Assembly: GCA_965203555.1 (NCBI GenBank)
Contig: CBDBCY010000004.1
Coordinates: forward strand, 2,720,001 to 2,784,000
Direction: 5' to 3'
DNA from: Acidimicrobiia bacterium
GTDB lineage: Bacteria; Actinomycetota; Acidimicrobiia; Spongiisociales; ZC4RG35
DNA: 64,000 nt
This document shows positions 51,328 through 60,800 of this stretch, one piece after another (position 1 is the first letter of the stretch; every line of letters begins with the position of its first letter). Position numbers and translations under genes: made by a program. The notes under the pieces were generated by a model. The model was not told where the DNA came from. It saw nothing but the letters and a program-made list of their open reading frames with translations, and did no database searches.

Positions 51328-54300
51328 TCACTGTTGTCCCATATAGTGCCTTGTTAGGCAGTGCATGATCTGCTCACCGCGGTTGCTTAGTTTGTTGATG
51401 GCATCCGAGGAAAGGCCATAGAACCTTGTTTTGTAATTCACGACGTGACTGCGTGGAATCAGATCAGGTACAGGAATCGGTAGTCTGCTGTCGTCCATGC
51501 CCAGCATGGCTATTACGAATCCTTTCAATCCAGCAGGTGAGCCAACGGTGTCGAACAACCGGCTTCTCTCCAATGACCGCGCCCGACGGTACATCGAGTC
51601 AATGGATCTGCGCATTCTGCCTGTCCACCAATATGGACGGTCCGACCCTTCGAAGAGACCTTCATCGGCATCGCAAGCGATAATCCAATCAACTTCTTGA
51701 ACGTTTGTGCTGATTTTCGCTGACCGGCCTGGCATTAGACAGGAGATGCCCAGATTGTCGAATAACCCACCGTCGGACAGAATGACCCTCCGTCGATGCT
51801 CATTCCCGTTTTTTTCGATAAACGTTTTCGTGAAGTCCATAGCGGGGAAGAACGCTGGATGTGCAGCCGAGCAAGCAACCGCTTGTGTTACAGGAACCTT
51901 GTTGTCTTTAACGACGCCGTAACGCCAGGATCCGCTCTCAAGGTTTCCGAAGCGGAACGCTGACCCTGTTCGGAGATCACAGGCGTTGAGCACTACCGCA
52001 AGACCTTCACGAGTCACATCCGCCATCAAACGTTCACCGAACATGCCTTCAAGAGCGGATTGGAGAGCATGCGTCCGGCTTGTTCGCCGGGTCAGTGGGC
52101 CACCTGGACCGAGGAATAGGTTAGGAAGGCTTAACACCCCAGCGGTGATTGTCGTTGCCGCGCTTTGCAGGCGGTGCGATGGCCGCAACCATCGGCCGAG
52201 CACTTTCCTGAATAGACCTCGGCGCAATAACTCCATGATGTGAGCATCAAACTCGGGAAAAGTCATGTCGCTGTACGCCCAGAGGGCCGCTACCAGTGAA
52301 CCGGCTGAAACACCGGACACGACGCTCACCTGTTCCAGCAGGCCACGGTCGTGCAAGGCCCGAAGACAGCCCAGGTGGAAAGCTACAGCCCGCAGGCCGC
52401 CACCTGATAACGCAAGGCCGATACGGCCATATGTCGGAGTGGCGCTCTTAACCGGTTGTGCGATGGCTGAAGGCCACCGTTCGGTCTTGCGGTCACACAG
52501 GTAAGCGTTCCACGCTGTTCCCGTCGGACATCCACCAACAACGACCAGCAGTTGTTGGTGTTGTGGCGGTTCGTCATGGTGGACAATCGACATCATCCCT
52601 TTTAGGTCCGTAGGGCTTGCATTGGGGCTGCCATCGGGGTGAGTGTGCCACATGCCTATGGGCCGATGGGTTCCTTGGCTCAGGATGGCTAAGGCATCTG
52701 AGATCGAGCGGGATCCCTCTTTGCCACATGTGAATCCCGTTGAACTGGCCACACTGTCGGGCGGGGGACCAATGGCGGTGGTAACCGTTATGGTGCGAGT
52801 AGCGTTGTCGATTTCTCCAAAAAGCAACCCGCCCGTTTCGGCTCCAGCAGAGTGACGATGGCTCCTACGAATACTGGTCATTATTTCGTGCATGGCCGGT
52901 GGGTCGATGTTGACCGTGTAATCATGAACCGCGTCTTTCAGCCTTGTTGGACTGGAAAAGTGCAAAGACCGACTGACGGCGGTCTTCCTTTCGTTCGGAA
53001 CACCTAGTTCAACAAGGGTGGCTGTTGCCTCCGTTCCGGTGTGTAGTGCTGTGGCGGCTTCCCGAGCCAGGTAGGCCACGACTGCGGCAATGTCTGCATT
53101 TGCTCCAATGAAGGTTGGCGATGAGCATCCTGGTTCTGGCGAGAAGAGGTCGGTACGGGGGGGATCGGGCCAGAACTCTTGTGCAAAGGAATGCAGCCGA
53201 GGGTCAGCAAGGCAGGCAAGTTTGGTTCGCTGTCTTATCCAGGATGTGCCACCTCGCCCCGTGGGGGGTGCCACGGTCAAGAAGCCGCGGTTGGCCTGAT
53301 GGCCCAACAACATAGACATGAGCCACGGCTTCTTATCACGATCCCTTACAGCCAGTTCGAACCGCTTTGCCACGGTTGTGTTGGCTGTGGCATCTATCAC
53401 AATGTCGGCATCCCAAAGCGAACCATCTTGTTCACCCACCAATGGCAGGGCATCGCCATCATGCGTTTTGACCCTCTGTTCGAGTTCCGGTCGGATTCTG
53501 ACAAGTCGTTCCCGCAGAGCCTCCACCTTGGGTCGGCCTACGTCGGCGTGGTCGAATGACTGCCGAGAGAGGTGTCCTATCCGAACTCTGCCTCGATCAA
53601 TGAGGGTTAGCTCTTTGACTCCCACACGAGTTAGGTGTTCCGCAAGGTGGCTGCCTATGGCTCCACACCCCAACAAGGTGACCGTTTGACTAGCGAAGGT
53701 GGCCATCACTGACTTTGCATCCCGTCGCGTGGTTACCTCGGGCCGTGCTTCGTCTACGGGACACCATGAGAGTTTGACATCTCTGGACCAAGCTGTCATC
53801 TGGGAAGGAGGCTTACCATCTTCCGACAAAAGATCGTTGATGTTGCCCTTTAGCGGTACTGTGTTCCGCAACCGTATGACGTTCTTGGCGCTGATGTGCC
53901 ATGCTGCCAGATGTTGCCGCTCATCAACACCACGTAGGCCTCGCATGGGGGTGCCGATTATCACAAACAACGGCGTCCCCCTTTTGTTGTAATGCGCCGT
54001 AACGCGAAGCAACCACAGGAACCGTTTGAGAGGGAGGCCATGCTTGTCTAGTTCCGACAGCAAGCCGTCGAGGGAATCGGGGAAGTCGTATGGAAAGGGA
54101 AGGTGGGAAAGCACGACAGCGGCCTTGTACACATCAAGGTTCTTCCATTCCCCCGCAAGTGGGATCCATCGAGTTAGTTTCACCAGGTGATCCGCATGTC
54201 TCTCAATCGCCGCGAACCCCAACCAGGGTTCGTTATCGGGTATGGGGGTGTTGACCCTAGGAACTACGGTGGGGAGACCCTCTGACTCCAGCACTACCGG

Positions 54301-54720
54301 CGGATGCACGGCGGCCGCGATGGGAGCGAGGGTGTCTTGTGCTGCTCGCTCCAGCCATTCCACCAGTCGTTCAAGGAAGCCGTGCATGCCATCGCTGGGG
54401 TTCCACTCGATATCAGGTGCCAAGTACAGGCAAAGCAAGCCCCAGTTGACATGGCGATGCCCAGCCCACCGATCATGCGTCACGCACACCGTGGGGATCT
54501 TCCACGGAAACTCCTGGGGGATGAAGATGGCGATTTCTTCACGGGATCGGAGGGGGATGCCACGCTCAGACGATGGGAAGCGGGTATCAATCGAGACCAG
54601 AACGGGCCATCCTAGGTAACTGTTGGAAACCGCCTGGTTAAAGGAGATCTCGATGCTGTCACCCGCAGCCTCTATTCGTTGGAGCTCCTCAAGAGCCTGG
54701 CGTTGTCCCTCGCTTAACAC
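51328..54720 (-). CDS. E2-like + E1(ThiF) + JAB peptidase + patatin phospholipase fusion protein
   Basis: E2: FPWKIP..HVNWGLLCLY; E1: GCGAIGS, DRGRV..HLSRQ, DATAN, PEPGCSSPTF; JAB: ETGG, WHTHPDGSPNASPTD; patatin: ALSGGGLRA, GVSAG, DGG. Confidence 0.88.
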   Translation of the reverse strand: MLSEGQRQALEELQRIEAAGDSIEISFNQAVSNSYLGWPVLVSIDTRFPSSERGIPLRSREEIAIFIPQEFPWKIPTVCVTHDRWAGHRHVNWGLLCLYLAPDIEWNPSDGMHGFLERLVEWLERAAQDTLAPIAAAVHPPVVLESEGLPTVVPRVNTPIPDNEPWLGFAAIERHADHLVKLTRWIPLAGEWKNLDVYKAAVVLSHLPFPYDFPDSLDGLLSELDKHGLPLKRFLWLLRVTAHYNKRGTPLFVIIGTPMRGLRGVDERQHLAAWHISAKNVIRLRNTVPLKGNINDLLSEDGKPPSQMTAWSRDVKLSWCPVDEARPEVTTRRDAKSVMATFASQTVTLLGCGAIGSHLAEHLTRVGVKELTLIDRGRVRIGHLSRQSFDHADVGRPKVEALRERLVRIRPELEQRVKTHDGDALPLVGEQDGSLWDADIVIDATANTTVAKRFELAVRDRDKKPWLMSMLLGHQANRGFLTVAPPTGRGGTSWIRQRTKLACLADPRLHSFAQEFWPDPPRTDLFSPEPGCSSPTFIGANADIAAVVAYLAREAATALHTGTEATATLVELGVPNERKTAVSRSLHFSSPTRLKDAVHDYTVNIDPPAMHEIMTSIRRSHRHSAGAETGGLLFGEIDNATRTITVTTAIGPPPDSVASSTGFTCGKEGSRSISDALAILSQGTHRPIGMWHTHPDGSPNASPTDLKGMMSIVHHDEPPQHQQLLVVVGGCPTGTAWNAYLCDRKTERWPSAIAQPVKSATPTYGRIGLALSGGGLRAVAFHLGCLRALHDRGLLEQVSVVSGVSAGSLVAALWAYSDMTFPEFDAHIMELLRRGLFRKVLGRWLRPSHRLQSAATTITAGVLSLPNLFLGPGGPLTRRTSRTHALQSALEGMFGERLMADVTREGLAVVLNACDLRTGSAFRFGNLESGSWRYGVVKDNKVPVTQAVACSAAHPAFFPAMDFTKTFIEKNGNEHRRRVILSDGGLFDNLGISCLMPGRSAKISTNVQEVDWIIACDADEGLFEGSDRPYWWTGRMRRSIDSMYRRARSLERSRLFDTVGSPAGLKGFVIAMLGMDDSRLPIPVPDLIPRSHVVNYKTRFYGLSSDAINKLSNRGEQIMHCLTRHYMGQQ

Positions 54721-54751
54721 CTTCCAAAACCAACGGGATTAACCACTGGTC

Positions 54752-55861
54752 TCAGACTGCCCCTGCTCTTTTCAACCTGCTCTTTTGCTCCCGACCCCCT
54801 GGTTCAGTGCCTAGGAACGAAACGCCCGTGTGGTCCACTTCGAAAATGATGGGCGTGGGGTTCGCCACGTCTGGATGTTCACCCGTGCATAGGAACGTTT
54901 CGCATCTTTCCTGGTATCGGTTCTTTGCTTTGGCATGCGGGGGGTTGTCGCCGTCGCTGTTCTTGCCTGGTATCTGCTCCGAACTTGACACAGCCCAGCC
55001 AAGGTCGGCCTTCGCCTCCTCTAGCAGATCCAAAACGTCTCTACGCAGAAGATCTCGACCGTTGACTCGCTCATACATCACTGTTTTCGAACAGTGATGT
55101 GGCGCAAGCAAGACATCCCACTTCTTGTCGTTGACATCCGCAGTTGCTTCAAGGAGCCTCTTGACCGGTTCATAATCCAGATCGCCCAGCAACAGAGCCC
55201 GTCCCTCCCCAGCTCCGCACTTCACCGTGACCTGCAAACCTATGCTCGTCCGGTTCCGCTTGTCGCTTTCCATATCGTCTTTGAAGGGAGAGTGGACAAA
55301 GAGCCGCAGGTCTTTCGCCAGGAACCGCCCATCCACCTTCGTCACTTCGGAACCTGGTGCAGATACCACCGCGCTATCGAGGTGTGCAAAGTCGCCCTCC
55401 AACGATTCGTGGTACCCGACCACTCGAAACCTGTTACCACTTAATGGGTCAATACCCGTCCGGTACTTCTCCAAGCGCCGCATGGCCTCATCCCGCAACG
55501 CCTTCGCATCGTCAGCCAATTGGTCAGAATCTTCCGCGTCGATATCGGCAACCAACCGCGGGGTGAACCACAGTTCCCCAATCTCAACCCTTTCCACAAG
55601 ATCCTGGAATCCACTACAGTGATCCAAGTCATGATGTGTCGCTACATACGCGGCGAGATACGGACGGCCCATCCTCCGAGGAAGCAACTCGACAAGTTCG
55701 TCAACCACCGGATACCGAGGGTCATCGGAACTGTCGGCGGCCTTGACGTGGTTGATGTCAACCTGGAGTATGACATCCTCAGAAACAAGAATGGTTGTGC
55801 TGTCCCCAGTGCCCACGGGCCAAAAGACGAAACCCTTCGTTGGCAGATCACTTCTAAGCAT
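54752..55861 (-). CDS. ComEC/Rec2-type metallo-beta-lactamase-fold hydrolase (putative nuclease); true 3' end may extend to 54714
   Basis: PVGTGDS, THHDLDHCSG, NRTSI, LLGD, APHHCS, NPPH; strong GAGGAGG RBS before ATG 55861. Confidence 0.85.
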   Translation of the reverse strand: MLRSDLPTKGFVFWPVGTGDSTTILVSEDVILQVDINHVKAADSSDDPRYPVVDELVELLPRRMGRPYLAAYVATHHDLDHCSGFQDLVERVEIGELWFTPRLVADIDAEDSDQLADDAKALRDEAMRRLEKYRTGIDPLSGNRFRVVGYHESLEGDFAHLDSAVVSAPGSEVTKVDGRFLAKDLRLFVHSPFKDDMESDKRNRTSIGLQVTVKCGAGEGRALLLGDLDYEPVKRLLEATADVNDKKWDVLLAPHHCSKTVMYERVNGRDLLRRDVLDLLEEAKADLGWAVSSSEQIPGKNSDGDNPPHAKAKNRYQERCETFLCTGEHPDVANPTPIIFEVDHTGVSFLGTEPGGREQKSRLKRAGAV

Positions 55862-56094
55862 TAATGTCCTCCTCCTCTTACCGAGATGATGGTTCCCACA
55901 GACCGAGAACCGAAGTGCCAATAGGACTCTACAACGAAAGATGCCTGACAGGGGGCATTTATTCTCTGAGGTGCTCCTGCTGCTACCTGGTCTTGGCATC
56001 AGTGACCCGGAGTGCCGGTCAACTAGGAGGCGGTGCCCACGGCAACCCCATATTCCAGTCAATGAGCTCTTGCAGGGCCCCTAACTTCCTAACA

Positions 56095-56192
56095 GTGCTT
56101 CAATCGTGGTGTCCCCCCTGTGTTGATCGTGGTGTCCTCCGCAAAACCCCCCGCTTAGGCGCAGGTCAGGGGTGGTGGCAAACACGCCACCA
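56095..56192 (+). repeat. dispersed ~100-bp repeat, copy B
   Basis: ATCGTGGTGTCC twice, 23 bp apart, then TTAGGCGCAGGTCAGGGGTGGTGG...CCACCA. Confidence 0.75.
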
Positions 56193-56384
56193 AAGATATG
56201 TTGGCGATTTAGCCGGCCCGGCGAAGTTCTGGGGGGAACCTCAAGAAAGGAGATGAACTCTTTCCTTAGCCCGTCGCCGGATGCGTGTCACAGTGGGGGT
56301 TGGTCGGGTGGCATTTCCGTGTCGACTGGCGTCGGCGGGCTGCCTTATTGTTGGCAGTGTTCGTAGCGGCTGTATTCCCTGGGA

Positions 56385-56805
56385 CCCGAATGTGGCGGGT
56401 TGGTGTGTTGACCTGGGGTTTTGTGTTGTGAGGGGCTGGTTCCGTAGGGATTTGTAGTGGCGACAATGAGTTGGCGGAATGGGGTTCAGGCTGCTGGTGG
56501 GGTATGTTCGTTAAGACAACCCGCCGTCGAAGGGGCGACAAGGTGTACGAGTACCTGTTGTTGGTGGAAATGGGTACGCAAAGGAACAAAAAACCGGTCA
56601 CCGGACCCTGTTACGCCTGGGAAAAGGTCACCGCTCTGCGCGAAACCGGACAACTGGGACGCATCATCGCGGCGTTGGAACGCCACCTGCACAAAGAACG
56701 CGTCGACATCGACGCGTTGGCGGCCGAACAGGCACCGCCAGCGGGAGGGGCAGCAGCCACAGCAGCGGGGTGGGACCAACTGGGTCTCGGTGGGTTCTTC
56801 TCCGA
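56385..56805 (+). mobile_element. IS1634 5' fragment, degenerate
   Basis: Degenerate IR CCCGAATGTGGCGGGT; MFVKTTRRRRGDKVYEYL...WDQLGLGGFF, cut off at the IR of copy 2. Confidence 0.82.
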
Positions 56806-58740
56806 CCGGAATTTGGCGGGTGGTTTGGTGTTTTACCAGGTCAGGGGGCATGCGCGTGGATAGTGTTTCCACTACATTCGGTGATTTGGACCCTTTTAGG
56901 GTTGGGTGATGGTGGCTTTGTCCCAGGTGCGGGTGTCGACTCCGATGGCGGCGAGGGTCCGGGCTTGGAGGGGGGTGCGTCGGGTGGTGAGCGTGATCCG
57001 GTGCTTGTTGCTGGTCAGTGTCACGCGGCGGATGCGGTTGAGCATTCTCAGTGCCCGCGCGGCGGTGAGGTGTTGGTGGTCGAGGTCAGGATCTCGGATG
57101 TCGGCTGCGGTGAGAGCGCGGGTGATGAGCGTTTCCAACAGGGCGGCGTAGACGCAGACGGCTACGTGTCCGCGGACTCGCTGTTCGGTCCAGTGTCGTA
57201 TTGGTCGTAGTCGCAGGAAGTCTTTGAGCACCCGAAAGCGGGTCTCGACCTTTTGCAATTGGCGGTAGGCGGCCACGACTTCGGTGGTGTCGGCTTGCGA
57301 GCGGGTGAGCCTGGTGGTCAGCACGTAGCGACCCGCCAGCAGCTTCTCATAGGCCTGAGCCTCTTCGTTGTAGTGGTAGACGAAGCGACATGGGCCGATC
57401 TCCAGATCGAACAACCGCCCCACCCGACCTGTGTTGAGGATTCGTTGGGCGGCTCTTCCGATCTTGGCGGGGTCTTTCACCCGGCCCGAGCGGACGCGGT
57501 GTTCCAACGCCAACAACCGGGTTTCAGCTGTGGTGATGATCTCGGCGGTGCGTCGCGTGTCCCGACCAGCCCGAGCGTCGGACTCGACCACCACCGCGCG
57601 GGTCCCGTCCTCCAGGGTGACATCTGTGGCTCTGCTGCCGGGTTGGGGCAACTCCACCCATACCGTGTTCTCGTCTACAGCGGCCAACGCTTCGGCGGTG
57701 AGCGGGTCGCGGCGTAGTCTGGTGGCCAACAGATGATCGAACCCGGCTTGGGTGACTGTTTCCAGGTTGGAAGCTGACATGAGACCCCGGTCGGTGACCA
57801 CGCAGATCCTGCCCACCGCGAACCGCTTGGCCAGGTCATCCAACACGTCCGTTAGGGTGGAGGCGTCGTTGGTGTTCCCCGCGAAAACGTGATGGGCTAT
57901 AGGGATCCCGTCCGTGGTGTACAACAGACCGATCACGATCTGGGATCGATCCGAGCGATGATCCCGCGAGTACCCGAACATTCGCGACGGAAACGCGTCG
58001 GAGGGTCGGGTGGAACCTTCGAAATAGGTGGACGTCAGGTCATAGCACACCAGCCGCAGGTTTAGGTTGGTCAAATCGCACAACCGTCGATACAGATGCT
58101 CCTCGGTCTCCGCTTTGACATCGGCCACCGCGTCCAGGGCACGGTAATACTGGTCAAGCGACGGCGCCGACCACCAGGGCGGCATGACCACGCCATCGGT
58201 TGTCCATTCGGGCAGGCGACGTTCGGAACAGGGATCCATCAGCTGGTTGGCCACCATCGCGAACACGGCATGCTCCAAAGCCTCGGCGCCTATACCAGCA
58301 AAGAACTCGCCCAACCCCAGCTGGTCCCACACCGCCGCTGCGGCTGCTACGCCGCCCACTGCCGGCGCCTGCTCGGCCGCTAACGCGTCGATATCGACGC
58401 GTTCTTTGTGCAGGTGGCGTTCCAACGCTGCGATGATGCGTCCCAGTTGCCCGGTTTCTCGCAGAGCGGTGACTTCTCCCAGGCGTAAAAGGGTCCGGTG
58501 ACCGACTTTTGTTCCTTTGCGTACCGATTCCACCAGCGACAGATACTCGTATACCTTGTCGCCCCTTCGACGGCGGGTGGTCTTTACGAACATATCCCAC
58601 AATGCTAGCAGACCGCACCTTGTCCCACCAACACAATGTCGCCACTACAACACCTTGCAGAACCTGCCGCTCACAACACAAAACCTCAGGTCAACACACC
58701 AATCACCGTCCACCAAACCCCCTGACCCGCCAAATTCCGG
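56806..58740 (-). mobile_element. IS1634-family element copy 2, apparently intact (transposase 56896..58602)
   Basis: Perfect 16-bp IRs CCGGAATTTGGCGGGT (56806) / ACCCGCCAAATTCCGG (58725); YDLTSTYFEG, GYSRDHR, DRG, VETRFRVLK, RGHVAVC. Confidence 0.92.
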
Positions 58741-59176
58741 CCAGAGTCGATCACCAAATGAGAAGCCCTCATCTGATGGGCGTATGCCTGGGGGCACCGC
58801 GCTCGACGATGTACCGGGTGCTCTTTCCGCAGGGGGCCTGTCCCGCCTTTCCGCCCTGGACGGTACCACCAGTGTCCCCATCCGCTATGGCCTTGCCTAT
58901 CGCCTGAGCGAACAGTCATCGGTTGCAATCAGCATCGGTCGCGTCCCAAGGGGTTTCCCGAGTGATGTGTACATCAAGGGCCTCGACCTACTGGACTTTC
59001 CCAACATCTGAGTCTGAGTGATATGAACCGAATCAGCGTCATCCAAGGTGACTCCCACGAGGACACGGGCCGGTGTCGAAATGCAGCCAGGAGTCACTAA
59101 CCTGTCTATCCTGACCACTATCAAGCGCGACCGATTTGGTCAAGGGGTATTGAGAGCAGTTCCCTTAAGGACGGAT

Positions 59177-60112
59177 ATGAACACCTACCGGAGACTTACG
59201 GAACCCGCGTGGCAGGCCCTCTCAGAAGCCCTTTGCACCTACTTTTGGTTCAAGAAGGACTTTGAAACCTTGGTCCGTGTCCGCTTTTCTGAAGCCCCCG
59301 ATGCTCTGGCAGTGGTGAACTTCAATGAGACCAAACGCACTGCTACAGGCCAACTCATCGGGGCGCTACGACTCAAGGAGAATAAGTACCAGGAGGTGGT
59401 GATTGATGCGCTGGTGGCGTTAAACGAGTTTGATCCGGATTTTCACCATCTTGCTCGCCTCGATGGTGGCCCAAAGCTAGTAGCTAATGCCAGAGCCTCT
59501 CACAGAGCGGTCCGAGCCGTCGTTCAGCAGTACTCGGAACTCGTTGCGCAAAGGGAGGCGGCGCGCCGGGAGGCAAGAAATATCGCGGCCAAAGAGTCCG
59601 CTCTGCGACTGCATGAGAGTCGGCTTGTTGATCTCCATGGCGAGTTTATGAGAATGCATAAAATGGATGACGAACGCCATGAGCGAGGACGAATACTGGA
59701 AGGGTTTCTGAACAGCCTGTTCGAATTGTGGGATCTCTACCCCCGAGCGGCGTACTCAATCGAGCATGAGCAGATTGATGGCGCATTCACTCTTCGGACC
59801 GACGACTATATCCTCGAAGCACGATGGTGTTCAAAGACCCTTCAACCCAAGCACCTCAATAATTTCAGGATGAAAATAGACGGCAAGGCGCGAAATACCC
59901 TCGGTCTCTGCGTTGCAATTAACGGTTTCACCAAGGGGGCCATATCTAAGCACTCGGGTGGTCAAACGCCATTAGTGCTAATGGATGGCGCCGATCTCCT
60001 TCCAATCCTCGAGGGGCGTATCGCACTCGTTGAAGTTCTCCAAAGAAAGAGGAGGCATGCAGCAGAGACAGGGAACCCCATGTACCGGCCGTGGCAGAAC
60101 GACAAGGAATGA
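59177..60112 (+). CDS. Mrr-like PD-(D/E)XK restriction endonuclease with N-terminal helical domain
   Basis: ERGRILEGFL, EQIDG...ILEARW, NGFT, LMDGADL. Confidence 0.75.
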   Translation: MNTYRRLTEPAWQALSEALCTYFWFKKDFETLVRVRFSEAPDALAVVNFNETKRTATGQLIGALRLKENKYQEVVIDALVALNEFDPDFHHLARLDGGPKLVANARASHRAVRAVVQQYSELVAQREAARREARNIAAKESALRLHESRLVDLHGEFMRMHKMDDERHERGRILEGFLNSLFELWDLYPRAAYSIEHEQIDGAFTLRTDDYILEARWCSKTLQPKHLNNFRMKIDGKARNTLGLCVAINGFTKGAISKHSGGQTPLVLMDGADLLPILEGRIALVEVLQRKRRHAAETGNPMYRPWQNDKE

Positions 60113-60228
60113 ACCTACCTGACGAGTCCGAGGAGTCCTCCCCGTAGACGCGCCCTCTCGCAACTCTGATGATTGGGAGGAGTTCCAGTGTAGCAGTCGG
60201 GCACACTGTGCTAGGAGGCGAACTATGA

Positions 60229-60295
60229 CCCGAATTTGGCGGGTGAATTGGTGTTTCCCCAGGTCAGAGGGCATGCGCGTGGACAGTGTTTCCAT
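60229..60295 (+). mobile_element. isolated IS1634 end
   Basis: CCCGAATTTGGCGGGT...CAGGTCAGAGGGCATGCGCGTGGACAGTGTTTCCA matches 56806-56870. Confidence 0.8.
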
Positions 60296-60602
60296 TTCGG
60301 AAGGGCATACGAGTTCCAGCCCGTTTCTCCTAGCGAACATTCTCGCTGTTCCCCAGCCGGTCCGCTTGTTCCCGTCCACGAACGGGTGGATGAAGACGAT
60401 GCTGGCCGTGTAGCAGGCCGCTATCCGGGCCAGGTTCTCCATACCCTCGTAGTACCAGCGTCTCTGAGGCCTCGTTATGGCCTGCTCGAGAAGCCCTTGG
60501 TTGCGGATGCCGTGCCTGCCGCCGTGGTTCTCTATGGCAAGATCGTGGAAAGTCACCCATATGGTCGAGAACAACCCAGTTCGGCCCTTGCTTGTCCTCC
60601 AA
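60296..60602 (-). pseudogene. doc: death-on-curing (Doc/Fic) toxin, frameshifted near 60560 and truncated by the IS1634 end
   Basis: HGGRHGIRNQGLLEQAITRP, HPFVDGNKRT. Confidence 0.8.
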
Positions 60603-60623
60603 TGGTGGCCCCCCTCTTGGGTG

Positions 60624-60800
60624 CTAGGCGTCAGCCAACATTTGGAGCAGTTCGCTGTCCTCCTCCAGTATCTCCCTGATCCATCGGCGGCTCTCTTCCT
60701 CGGTAGGAGGGGAGTCGCGCAGGGGAATGCCGTTGTCCACCCTGTATCGGAACTCTTCCTCGGATGTTCTGCCGTTCGAGCAGATCATGTCATTGCTCAT
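60624..60800 (-). CDS. putative antitoxin for Doc (58 aa, absent from ORF track)
   Basis: MSNDMICS...WIREILEEDSELLQMLADA; acidic amphipathic C-terminus directly upstream of doc. Confidence 0.5.
   Translation of the reverse strand: MSNDMICSNGRTSEEEFRYRVDNGIPLRDSPPTEEESRRWIREILEEDSELLQMLADA

Noticed and set aside
51328-56400. Canonical type II CBASS
   Set aside because: Cap2/Cap3/CapV-like domains are present, but no CD-NTase (GS...DxD) ORF is adjacent; the partner gene is MBL-fold.
56799-58747. Target-site duplication around IS1634 copy 2
   Set aside because: Flanks TCTCCGA and CCAGAGT do not match.
58741-59011. Open frame ending ...VYIKGLDLLDFPNI
   Set aside because: May be the 3' remnant of a gene cut by IS1634, but no family can be assigned.
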